Assembly: GCA_963816145.1 (NCBI GenBank)
Contig: CAWFJP010000016.1
Location: forward strand, 1-64,000
Origin: an uncultured delta proteobacterium
Lineage (GTDB): Bacteria > Desulfobacterota > Binatia > UBA9968
Length of the DNA: 64,000 nt
Direction of reading: 5' to 3'
Position numbers and translations under genes: made by a program. The notes under the pieces are model-generated. The model did no database searches. It was given only the letters and a program-made list of their open reading frames with translations, and was not told the origin of the DNA. Shown piece after piece: positions 37,721 through 46,733 of this stretch; the first letter of the stretch is position 1; every line of letters starts with the position of its first letter.

Positions 37721-37744
37721 CAAAGGGAGAGGGAATCAGTATTA

Positions 37745-38764
37745 TTACGATTGTGTTTCTTCGCGGAAAAATCCCAACGCTTCGATCGCTGGGCGATCGT
37801 TGATCGAGAACAAGATCGCCGGCTCCCGGGCATTGTTTTCGTGGGCGTGCCAGTTCCATAGCGGCAGGACGAAGGAGTCGCCTTGTTGCCATTTGAATTC
37901 GACATCGCCAATCTTGGTTACGCCGCTGCCGCGGAAGGCATGGTAGACCACGGTGTGCGTGTGGCGGTGCGTGCGGCTTTTCTCACCGGGACGGAGCATT
38001 TGGATCTCGCAGTTCATCGTCGGCAAGGTCGCGCCGCCGCCGACCGGGTCGGAGTAGCGCAGCAAGATGCCGTCGAAGGGATCGCCAGGCGATTCGGCCA
38101 TCCCCTCGAAAGCCTTCTCGGTGTCTTTCCAAGCGTAGCGGTACGGCGGGCGAAAATTCGCCGAAGTTGGAGTCGGTGCAGGTTGTGGGCGGAGGACGTT
38201 GAAGGTCTTCTGCGACCAACCGATCGGCTTGCTGACCGGCTGTTGCCGTTCGTGGAACGGGTTGGCGAAACCCGCCTGATAATAGTGCAGCATCGGCCCG
38301 TCGGCGCCGTCGAGCCAGACGATCGGCGTGTCGCCGCTGTTGACATGATCATGCCAAGTCCAGCTCGGTGTGGTGATCAAATCGCCGGGCTCCATCGGCA
38401 ACGGCTCGCCTTCGACAACGGTCGCCGCGCCGCAGCCTTCGACCACGAAGCGGATCGCGCCCATGGTGTGGCGATGCGCCGGGGCGAACTCGCCGGGCCG
38501 GACCATTTGCGCGCCCATGAGCAGAGTATGCGCCGTGCCGAGCTTCAATTCCGGATGCTGATAGCCGATGAAGCGGCGAAACGCTTCCTCGGGCCGGATG
38601 AATTTGGCGGCGTTGTCGAGGGCGGGGCGAATCTCTTTCCACTTCCACAGAAACGGCCGGAAATTCGCCTCCGGCTCGCGAAAGCCGGTACTGGTATTGG
38701 GAATCGTCCAGTACCCGATCAGATTCTGCTCTTTGAGTTTACGGTTGAGTTCGTCCAGCGACAT
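37745..38764 (-). CDS. Bicupin ring-cleaving dioxygenase, gentisate 1,2-dioxygenase family
   Basis: APAHRHT..AIRF..EG, GDLITTPSWTWHDH, WLDGAD, HRHT, GDSFVLP.W.WH.H. Confidence 0.88.
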   Translation of the reverse strand: MSLDELNRKLKEQNLIGYWTIPNTSTGFREPEANFRPFLWKWKEIRPALDNAAKFIRPEEAFRRFIGYQHPELKLGTAHTLLMGAQMVRPGEFAPAHRHTMGAIRFVVEGCGAATVVEGEPLPMEPGDLITTPSWTWHDHVNSGDTPIVWLDGADGPMLHYYQAGFANPFHERQQPVSKPIGWSQKTFNVLRPQPAPTPTSANFRPPYRYAWKDTEKAFEGMAESPGDPFDGILLRYSDPVGGGATLPTMNCEIQMLRPGEKSRTHRHTHTVVYHAFRGSGVTKIGDVEFKWQQGDSFVLPLWNWHAHENNAREPAILFSINDRPAIEALGFFREETQS

Positions 38765-38863
38765 GGCATCCTCGCTTCGCTCGGAATTTCAAATTACAAA
38801 TTTCAGATCCCACATTCTGAAAATCCGGGAATACGGAATCTGTAATTTTGAATATAAATTTTC

Positions 38864-39607
38864 CTAATGTGTCGCTTTATAGCAGCCATCCATGAACATT
38901 CTGTTCAGATCCGCCGGCGTGACCGCGCAATACTCCGCCGAGTATCCCGGCCGCTCGTTGACGCCTTCTTGGAGCAGGCGCACCAGAACATGCTGGGTCA
39001 CCGCGCCATGGGCCATGCGGTCGAGATGGTCCATGGTGTCGGCTTCATGGTGCTTGGAAAAATAACTCGCCTCGGCGGTGGTGAGACCGTAATGCAGGGT
39101 CAGCGCTTTGAAGAAGTCTAAACAGGAGTCGCCGAAGGGCTTTTCCCAGAGCACCGAAAACCAGTATTCCTGAATCTGGCCGTCGTTGATCAACGTGCGG
39201 TGGAAGTCCGGCAGGGCGCGGCATTCCGGCAACATCGGGGTGAGCAGCACTTCTTCTTTGGTTAATCCGAGCGCCTTGCCGGTGCTCATCAAGATTTGAA
39301 TATGGCCCGGAGGGGAGGGGTGGCCGAATTCGTCCAAGACTTTCTGAGTATAAACCTCCATCAGATCGACGTTCTTTACGAAAAACCACAGGTGTTTGTA
39401 AAATGCCGAAGTGTAAACCGAATTGATCACCGGCACGAAGGCGCCCCAGTTTTTGTAGAATAGCTGGAGGGTTTCCTTTTTTAGCTTGCCTTCGCGCAGC
39501 TCGTCCATGAACTTCGTCTTGTCGACGGTTTGCTTCCAATGCTTGTCGCACTGCGCCGCCAGCTCGGCGATATACTCTATGGCTTGGCTCTCATTGAGTT
39601 TTAACAT
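38864..39607 (-). CDS. Heme-oxygenase-like diiron protein, NWG/HPxPPGH class, paralog of 33143..33916
   Basis: FYKNWG, DEFGHPSPPGH, PMLPECRA, WEKP, HHEAD...H. Confidence 0.75.
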   Translation of the reverse strand: MLKLNESQAIEYIAELAAQCDKHWKQTVDKTKFMDELREGKLKKETLQLFYKNWGAFVPVINSVYTSAFYKHLWFFVKNVDLMEVYTQKVLDEFGHPSPPGHIQILMSTGKALGLTKEEVLLTPMLPECRALPDFHRTLINDGQIQEYWFSVLWEKPFGDSCLDFFKALTLHYGLTTAEASYFSKHHEADTMDHLDRMAHGAVTQHVLVRLLQEGVNERPGYSAEYCAVTPADLNRMFMDGCYKATH

Positions 39608-39750
39608 CACCGCGTCCTCCGAAATTGCCGGTTCCTCATCCATCATGTGAATATGGCACAGCCGTGGAGCTGTCAAGGCAGCGGGATCGCGCGCTTGCTG
39701 AAGCAACAGTGACTAGGATAAAGTAGGGCGAATTCACAGGAGGACAATTT

Positions 39751-40116
39751 ATGGAATGTGTTAACCTCAAAGAGGAAATGGACAAGGCGAAGCGCAAGAT
39801 CGACCTTTTCGGCACGGATAATTTCCGCTCCTGGCTGCTTTATTTCGTGCCCGGTGACGGTACCGACATGCATTATCACGCCAGTCCTGAAACGTTTTTG
39901 GTATTTTCCGGTAACGGCGTCGTCAAGGGGCTCAAAGGCGAGGAGCGCGCGATCAAGAAGGACGACGTGCTCTGCCTGGCGGCCAAGGACTATTACCAGA
40001 TCGTCAATACCGGCAGCGAGCCGTTGGTGCTGTTCGGCAACCGCTCGGAAGCCTTCGGCGGTCCCCATATCCTGGCCGATGGCAGCGACCGGCAGCAAGC
40101 ACAAAAGGGCGCGTAA
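39751..40116 (+). CDS. Cupin domain protein
   Basis: PGDGTDMHYH..PE.F....G, INTGSEPL-like strand; AGGAGG RBS. Confidence 0.8.
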   Translation: MECVNLKEEMDKAKRKIDLFGTDNFRSWLLYFVPGDGTDMHYHASPETFLVFSGNGVVKGLKGEERAIKKDDVLCLAAKDYYQIVNTGSEPLVLFGNRSEAFGGPHILADGSDRQQAQKGA

Positions 40117-40196
40117 TCGCGGCTTCGGCACAATTGACAAGTTGCGGGGTGAGTGATTAAGTTTTCCAACAATTGATTCTTTATCGAGGTTGCTAA

Positions 40197-40526
40197 ATGC
40201 CGATTTACGAGTACCAATGCCAGAAATGCGGCGTCATCGAGGTGACCCAGCGAATCACCGAAAAACCGCTCGGTAAGTGTCCGACTTGTAAGAGTAAAAT
40301 CAAGAAGTTGATCTCCAACACGTCGTTCCAGCTGAAAGGCACCGGTTGGTATATCACCGACTATGCGCGAAAGGGGCAGAGCAACGGCGAGTCGAAGAGC
40401 GAGAGCAGTTCCAAGCCCGCTTCGACTGCTGCGTCGGAGTCGAAGAGCGAAACCAAAAAGAGCGAGAGCTCGAGCAGCAGCGATAAAGCATCGTCGAGCA
40501 GCAGTTCGACCGCGACATCTGCATAA
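40197..40526 (+). CDS. FmdB family zinc-ribbon regulatory protein
   Basis: [12 protein letters not shown]...CPTC...[13 protein letters not shown], Ser/Lys-rich tail. Confidence 0.92.
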   Translation: MPIYEYQCQKCGVIEVTQRITEKPLGKCPTCKSKIKKLISNTSFQLKGTGWYITDYARKGQSNGESKSESSSKPASTAASESKSETKKSESSSSSDKASSSSSSTATSA

Positions 40527-40691
40527 CTTCACCGTGCGATTCTTTTCACTGAAAGGGCGGCGCCTCAGGGCGCCGTTGTCGTTTGTTGATAGCCTTCCGG
40601 CCCTGTGAAATTAGCGTTTGCGCCTCTGGACGGGTAAGTGGATTTTAGCTATAGGTTAAGCAGCAAAATAACCTGAGGGAGGATTTGATCA

Positions 40692-41414
40692 ATGGCACAG
40701 ACGATTGAAAATATTGTAGATCCCAATGATGCCGCCTTATCATCGGAAATGGTGAGGATCGGCGACTTGAACGCGTATGTTTCGCGCCCCAAGGACGGGA
40801 AAAATTTGGGCACAGTTGTCGTGATTCATGAGAACCGCGGTTTGGTCGGGCATATTAAGGACGTGACACGCCGGTTTGCCAAGGACGGTTTCGCTGCGAT
40901 CGGGGTCGACCTGATGAGCCGCATCGGCGGCAGCGACAAGTGGAATGGCAGCGACGAGGCCACCAAAGAAATCCAGAAAATCACCGGCGCCATGGCTGTC
41001 GAAGATTTGACCGCGGCGGTGGCGTACATGAAAAAACAGAGCTACGTGAATGGCAAAGTCGGGGTAGTCGGCTACTGCTGGGGCGGCGGCCAGTCGCTCA
41101 ACTTCGCGACCAAGTGCAAAGATCTCAACGCTGCGGTGGTTTACTACGGCAGGAACCCCGACCCGCTCGATTCCGTCGCGAATATTCCCTGTCCGGTCAT
41201 GGGTAACTACGCGGCCGACGATGCCAACATCATGCCCGGTGTCGAGCCGCTGAAAGCCGCCCTCGCCAAGGCCGGTAAGAGCTTCGACTGCAAGGTGTTC
41301 GATGGCGCCAAACACGCCTTCAACAACAACACCAACGCCGACCGCTATCATCCGGAAGCGGCAAAAGCGGCTTGGGCGAGAACGACCAGTTTCTTCAAAG
41401 CGAATTTGGCCTAA
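40692..41414 (+). CDS. Dienelactone hydrolase family protein (YghX-like)
   Basis: IHENRGL, GYCWGG, YYG, HAFNN. Confidence 0.9.
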   Translation: MAQTIENIVDPNDAALSSEMVRIGDLNAYVSRPKDGKNLGTVVVIHENRGLVGHIKDVTRRFAKDGFAAIGVDLMSRIGGSDKWNGSDEATKEIQKITGAMAVEDLTAAVAYMKKQSYVNGKVGVVGYCWGGGQSLNFATKCKDLNAAVVYYGRNPDPLDSVANIPCPVMGNYAADDANIMPGVEPLKAALAKAGKSFDCKVFDGAKHAFNNNTNADRYHPEAAKAAWARTTSFFKANLA

Positions 41415-41439
41415 CTACAGACAGGTTTTAGTTGTACAA

Positions 41440-41481
41440 CAGCGGCATGCGGCTTCATTATTTGGAAGCCGCATGCCGCTG
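41440..41481. terminator. Strong hairpin between convergent genes
   Basis: cagcggcatgcggcttc-loop-gaagccgcatgccgctg. Confidence 0.6.
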
Positions 41482-41634
41482 TTGGTTTACCGGGACTATT
41501 TGCAAATTGACGCAGCAAGGCAGCGATTGGCCCAATGCTGCGGCGATTAGTGGATTCGCTACGTCATTCCCTGCATACTTTTAGCGGGAGTCCGGGTGTG
41601 GCCGAATCCCCAACTAAAGACATCGGTGGTGATG

Positions 41635-42009
41635 CTATTGAACTGACTGTGGCGCTGTAGTGGTTGTTTGGGGTGCCACTGGGTCGTTTTTTTTCTCTTC
41701 AAGCTCGGGACGCTTGCCCACGCCCATGCGGGCGACCTCAGTGTCGATGACGTAGGGGCCTTGGAAGTTGTCCTGCCAAATTTGCTTGGTCAACTCGCTG
41801 TTGCCACCGGTGACGACGTACGACACGGCGCCGAAAAAGGCTTCGACGGGCATGACGATAAGATACTTGATCGGCAAAAACCACATATTTCCGGCGCTGA
41901 CGCCGACGGCGACGCCGGCTTTTTCGATGTTGTCTTCCGCGCGCAACATTTGCGGCAGCGCGGTAGTCAATGAGAGGGCGATCAGTCCTGCCAGCATTTG
42001 GGTTTTCAT
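41635..42009 (-). CDS. Hypothetical exported/membrane protein
   Basis: Signal-like N-terminus MKTQMLAGLIAL; GAGG RBS. Confidence 0.6.
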   Translation of the reverse strand: MKTQMLAGLIALSLTTALPQMLRAEDNIEKAGVAVGVSAGNMWFLPIKYLIVMPVEAFFGAVSYVVTGGNSELTKQIWQDNFQGPYVIDTEVARMGVGKRPELEEKKNDPVAPQTTTTAPQSVQ

Positions 42010-42011
42010 AT

Positions 42012-42464
42012 TTACCCTCGACCGAAAAATCTTTCGCGGATGGCGTCGACGCCGTGGCTTGGGTTCCAATAGCGGCGAACGCCGAAATAATAACAACAGG
42101 CCTCGTTATCGAGGTCGTTGTTGAAGCACCTGAGTTGTCCATCTTGAAAACGCACTCGAACCAGGCAGGTGCCGCCGGGAACCGATGAGGTCATGCATTC
42201 CATGACCACGCCAATCCCCCATTCTTCGTAACGCCGGTGGTTGACCTCATCGCCGACTCGCAAGTAAATACGCTTTCCCTCGTTATGGCTTGGGCTGTTT
42301 TCACGGCGGCGTTGGAAATGTTTAAGAGTAAGATCAACATTGGGGGTGGCAGGCTTAGTAAGCGAAGTTGCGCTCGGCGCAGCGGGCTCGGCCTGCACGG
42401 TCGCAGCCGTCTGGTGTTTGCGCGGCGTGGCGCGCCTTCTTTGCGGTGACTTGAGTTTGCCCAC
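42012..42464 (-). CDS. DUF3553-like small beta-barrel protein (start uncertain)
   Basis: VGDEVNH....WGIGVV...VRVRF.DG motif. Confidence 0.55.
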   Translation of the reverse strand: MGKLKSPQRRRATPRKHQTAATVQAEPAAPSATSLTKPATPNVDLTLKHFQRRRENSPSHNEGKRIYLRVGDEVNHRRYEEWGIGVVMECMTSSVPGGTCLVRVRFQDGQLRCFNNDLDNEACCYYFGVRRYWNPSHGVDAIRERFFGRG

Positions 42465-42648
42465 GACGGATCCTTCGATTCACAGGCCCCTTTTTCGTTG
42501 TCCGGCTGCCGCCCGGAATTTCGCTAAACCCATAATCCCAAAAATCCGGTTCACTAGTCAAGTTCTCCAATACCTGGGACTGGAATTATTTCGTGCCCGG
42601 ATCTTCCTAGGAGGGGTCATCAGCCGTGATTTCTCAGCTTCGCTGACA

Positions 42649-43518
42649 TCACTGTAAGAAGGCTAGAAGTGCGTCCGCCAATGCCGTTGGATTGTCCTGA
42701 TGCACCATGTGGCCGGCACCGTCGATAACGATCTGGCGGCGATCGCCAATTGCGTCGTAGCGCGGTTGTTTGTCGGTTCGCCTGGTCTGATGACTTTGTT
42801 TGCCATCGACGATGACCACTGGGCATTCGATATGGCGGAGAAATTCCACAGCCTGGGCGGTGTAAAAGGGTTGGGGTGATGCGGTTCGGTGCAGTGGATC
42901 GAACTTCCAAACCCATTTACCGCCGGCGGTTTGCCGCATTGCGGCTAGCGCCAGGGATCTGGCAAACACGTCTTGTAATCTTGGATTGGTCTGACGCAAC
43001 TGATTGGCTCCCGCTTCTACGCTGGAATATTCGCGAAAGTGGTTGCGGCCGCGTTGGCGGATCTCGCCGATCCATTGGGCCATACGCAGCGGTGCGTCGG
43101 CAAAATTCATCCCCACTGGGCCGACGCCTTCGATGAGCACGAGTTTCGTGACGCGATCCGGAAACGATCCGGCATAGAGCAGCGAAATCGTGCCACCCAT
43201 GGAATGGCCGATGAGTTTGAAAAACTTAACGCCGAGAGTTTGGACGACGCAGTCGATGTCGAGAACATAGTCGGGAAAATGGTAATAGCCGCCAGCCCCC
43301 ACCCAGCCGCTATCGCCATGGCCGCGGCAGTCCGGAGCGACGATCCAAAGGGGCCGTGCCGCGCGCTGTTGTAACTCGGCGACGAAGGGTGTCCAGCTGA
43401 ACGCCAAATCGAGAAAACCGTGAACCAGCAGCAGCGGATCGCCGTTGGGCTCGCCCCATTCGAGGCAATGAATCGGCAAGCCGAGTGAGTCGACAGTTTT
43501 ATGGCGGGGTTCGGACAT
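42649..43518 (-). CDS. Alpha/beta fold hydrolase
   Basis: HGFLD, D.RGHGDS, GHSMGG, GHMVH. Confidence 0.92.
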   Translation of the reverse strand: MSEPRHKTVDSLGLPIHCLEWGEPNGDPLLLVHGFLDLAFSWTPFVAELQQRAARPLWIVAPDCRGHGDSGWVGAGGYYHFPDYVLDIDCVVQTLGVKFFKLIGHSMGGTISLLYAGSFPDRVTKLVLIEGVGPVGMNFADAPLRMAQWIGEIRQRGRNHFREYSSVEAGANQLRQTNPRLQDVFARSLALAAMRQTAGGKWVWKFDPLHRTASPQPFYTAQAVEFLRHIECPVVIVDGKQSHQTRRTDKQPRYDAIGDRRQIVIDGAGHMVHQDNPTALADALLAFLQ

Positions 43519-43530
43519 GGCGCGGGCGGG

Positions 43531-44004
43531 TTAGACGCGTTGGATCGGCACTTCGATGAAGTCGGTTTTCTCACTCGACCAAGCGAAGGCTTTGATAGCT
43601 TTCACGTCGCGGTCGTAGACCGATGCGACAACTTGAGCCGCCTCGGGATGAGTCGGTTCTCCAAAAGGAGTCGCAGCATCACGGTCCTCGGGCGAAAAGT
43701 AGGCTGGATGATTTGGGTGCGAGTGATAAAAAGCCTTGAGCGTGTAGCCGATTTTTCTCGCTTCAAGCAATAGCGAGTCTAAGACTCTAACGTCCATGTT
43801 GTAAGCGATGGCTGCCGTGCGCGGATGGGTCTTGGGATCGCGAGCGTGAAGTTCGTTCTGGAGATTCCTAAGGCGTTGAGCGCGATCGGTTATTCCGTTT
43901 GAAAGCACGACACCGCAGCACTCTTCAGGAAACTCGTCTTCGGCATGGCGTGAGATTTCGTTCAACGCTTCTTCAGTTAGGACCAGTTCGGTTTGGTTGC
44001 CCAT
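43531..44004 (-). CDS. JAB/MPN+ (Mec/M67) metalloprotease
   Basis: PEECCG and the JAMM motif YHSHPNHPAYFSPED. Confidence 0.9.
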   Translation of the reverse strand: MGNQTELVLTEEALNEISRHAEDEFPEECCGVVLSNGITDRAQRLRNLQNELHARDPKTHPRTAAIAYNMDVRVLDSLLLEARKIGYTLKAFYHSHPNHPAYFSPEDRDAATPFGEPTHPEAAQVVASVYDRDVKAIKAFAWSSEKTDFIEVPIQRV

Positions 44005-44160
44005 TGTATCTCATGCTCCTCCACGATGACTGGAATCCTTTAGCACAAGAAACCCCGCAGTGCCATTGTCGCGCGCCGACCACCGAAGCGATGGCACCGC
44101 AGCCAGCGACCAACACTCGGAGAGGCTCTGACATCGAAAAAGGGACGCAGAAAGCTTGAA

Positions 44161-44856
44161 CTAGAAAGTCGGCGCTTTGCGGTTGGTGTAGCGCTTGTAG
44201 GCGTCGAGCACCAGGGTGGCATATTCTTGGGGAAACTCTTGGTTGTTCTCCAGGCGGTTCTGCAATTCCGCCGGGCCGGCGTTGTACGCGATCAAGGCGA
44301 GATTGAGATTGCGAAATTGTTTTCTGAGATCATGCAGATAATAGACACCCATGCGGATATTCAAGATCGGATCGTCGAGAGATTCCGGCCGGTAGGCGAT
44401 CGGATGCAAGCCGAGTTCGCGTCCCACGGCATCTGTCAAAAACTTGCCGGTGTCGGGCATGATTTGCATAATGCCACGTGCGCCCACCGGCGAGATCATC
44501 GAGTATTGAAAGCGGCTTTCTATTTCGATCACCGCCAGCACGAGCATTGGGTCGAGATTGCGCTTGAGACTTTCTTCGAGGATAACCTCGGAGACTCGCC
44601 AGGCTTCAGAATCGGTAATGTCGGGGCGATGGGATTTGACGATGTTATAGACTTTGACCAGCTCTTTGGGACGTGGCTTTTCGACGACTTCGACGATCTT
44701 GACGATTTCCGTCACTTTGCGCGCTTTGCCGCTCTCTGGAAAGCCACGGAAAGCGATTAGTGCCGGCATAAACAACGCGACGGCGAGACTCAGTTTCGCG
44801 CATATACTGCCGCAGCTTAAAGTACGAGTGTGCGTGTTTTTATTACGTATCTCCAT
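44161..44856 (-). CDS. Lytic transglycosylase (SLT domain)
   Basis: IESRF, SPVGARGIMQIMP, ALIAYNAGP. Confidence 0.9.
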   Translation of the reverse strand: MEIRNKNTHTRTLSCGSICAKLSLAVALFMPALIAFRGFPESGKARKVTEIVKIVEVVEKPRPKELVKVYNIVKSHRPDITDSEAWRVSEVILEESLKRNLDPMLVLAVIEIESRFQYSMISPVGARGIMQIMPDTGKFLTDAVGRELGLHPIAYRPESLDDPILNIRMGVYYLHDLRKQFRNLNLALIAYNAGPAELQNRLENNQEFPQEYATLVLDAYKRYTNRKAPTF

Positions 44857-45161
44857 ACTCTAGTCCTTGATTTTGAAATTATTGAAACCGACGACGCGTT
44901 TCGAAAGTTCGAAAGCTACCGGTTGACTATCAAACGGAGTCGCTCAAGTCAATCGACCGATTGGTAAAAATTTCACTTGCCAAATCGGCAAATCGTCGGC
45001 GGAACTGAGGAATTATTTCTCACGGAGACTTTTTTTCTGCGTGACGACGTTGCTCCGTCAATTCGAGCCATCGAATCACGGCAAGAATTCACGGCAAAAA
45101 AGCAAAGGGGCAAGGAAAGTATCCTTGCCCCTTGTTCATGAAGTTGATCTTAACGGCAAAA

Positions 45162-46733
45162 TTACCGGCCAGTTCGCGCCAGGGAGTGGACCCAGCCCTG
45201 CATGCGGCTCTTGGCATTCTGAATGTCTTTGTCGCTGAACCAGTTTTTGAGATCGACCCTGTCGACCGGGTAAACCGGCCGCATAAAATCGCTCTCATAG
45301 CCGAACGGCACGGTTGCATCGATGCCCATGCCGCCTTCGAAGTTGGTGTTTGACGCGGTCCATTCTCTCTCGCCGGCGGTCATGCGCTCGGCAGGCATGA
45401 AGGTCTGGCCCCGGCCGCCGGGAAGCGGATTGATGATGTCGGTTTTAGGATTGACGCGGGTGGTCAAGTTCCACATGATGTCGTCCATGTCGTAGGGATC
45501 GGAGTCTTCGCTCACCGCGACCACCAAGCGCGAGCCTTGCGAGGTCGCGAGGATCGCCGCCATGAAATTGCGCTGCCAACCTTCTTCGATGCGGTTGCGT
45601 TTCTTCACCTGGATGATCGCGCCACCCCAATCGGTCATGCAGTAGGGGATGTTGACGTCCATGATGATGCCGGGCTGCATTCTCTCGCAGAGCTCGAACA
45701 TCGCCGCTTCGCGCACCGTGGTATCGATGTTGTGATCGTCGAGCGTGTGCACGCCGAGCGGAAAGATAATCGGTTTGCCTTCGCGCTTGCGCGTGGTGAC
45801 GGCGGTGACATGGAACGTCGGCGCTTTGTAGGCTTTGCCCATGTAACCGGCCCATTCGGGATGGAAATGGAAACGGCCTTGGATGCCGGCTTTTTCCGAT
45901 TCCGCGGTTTCGAAACGGCGATCGCGCGGGTTGACGTAGCCTTCGAGGATGACTTCCGCGTCTGCCAGTGCGTAGGCGTCAACCGTACGCGCTTTGACCA
46001 AACGCATGGGCGCGCCTTGCACGGCGCCGGCGATGCCGACTTCATCACAGCCTTGCGGCAAGATGACGTAATCGAATCCGGCGCCGGCAAGCAGCGAGCC
46101 CGCCACTGGCAAGCCGAAGTTCATGGTGATCGGCACCATCTTGTTGTCTTTGTAATACTTGCTGACGACCTGCCACATGTGCGAGCCGGGAGAGATCTGG
46201 AAGGTTCCGACATTGCCCCAACGGAAGTTCATGCGGTTGTAACCGAGATCCGTTCCGCCGTTGAAATATTCGCCGGAGATCAAACGGTTACCGGAACCGA
46301 CGGTCAATTCGGGTTCGACATTGGTGTGGCGGATCGGCACGACGTAGTCGTTGGCTTCCGCCGGTTTTTCGTAAACTTCCTCCTGTACCGGCGCGTCCTT
46401 TTGATCGACGACGATGGGCGGAATCGGATGGGTGATGGCGTAGGCGAGTTTTCGCGTGCGATCCGCGTGGTCTTTCCAGCCGAACATTTTGTTGATGACG
46501 TTCATGTCGCCAAACAAGTTGGTGATGCAGCGATGCTGGGGTTTGCCCTTAACGTTGTTGAAAAGAATAGGGCAGCCGCCGTCGAGCTTTTTCTGAATGC
46601 CGGTGAGCTCCAGGTTGGGGTCCACCTCTTTGTCGGTGACGATGATGTCCCCTTCTTTTTTCATCCACTCGATCGCGCTGCGTAGATCTCTAGCTTCCTC
46701 CGGCGATGCGCCGTCTCGCTTAGCTTGTGCCAT
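45162..46733 (-). CDS. UbiD family decarboxylase, phthaloyl-CoA decarboxylase (PhtDa/Pcd)-like
   Basis: GYNRMNFRWGNVGTFQISPGSHMW, GRFHFHPEWAGYMGKAYKAP, PGGRGQTFMPAERMT and the C-terminal LARTGR match my recollection of PhtDa; not verified by search. Confidence 0.8.
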   Translation of the reverse strand: MAQAKRDGASPEEARDLRSAIEWMKKEGDIIVTDKEVDPNLELTGIQKKLDGGCPILFNNVKGKPQHRCITNLFGDMNVINKMFGWKDHADRTRKLAYAITHPIPPIVVDQKDAPVQEEVYEKPAEANDYVVPIRHTNVEPELTVGSGNRLISGEYFNGGTDLGYNRMNFRWGNVGTFQISPGSHMWQVVSKYYKDNKMVPITMNFGLPVAGSLLAGAGFDYVILPQGCDEVGIAGAVQGAPMRLVKARTVDAYALADAEVILEGYVNPRDRRFETAESEKAGIQGRFHFHPEWAGYMGKAYKAPTFHVTAVTTRKREGKPIIFPLGVHTLDDHNIDTTVREAAMFELCERMQPGIIMDVNIPYCMTDWGGAIIQVKKRNRIEEGWQRNFMAAILATSQGSRLVVAVSEDSDPYDMDDIMWNLTTRVNPKTDIINPLPGGRGQTFMPAERMTAGEREWTASNTNFEGGMGIDATVPFGYESDFMRPVYPVDRVDLKNWFSDKDIQNAKSRMQGWVHSLARTGR

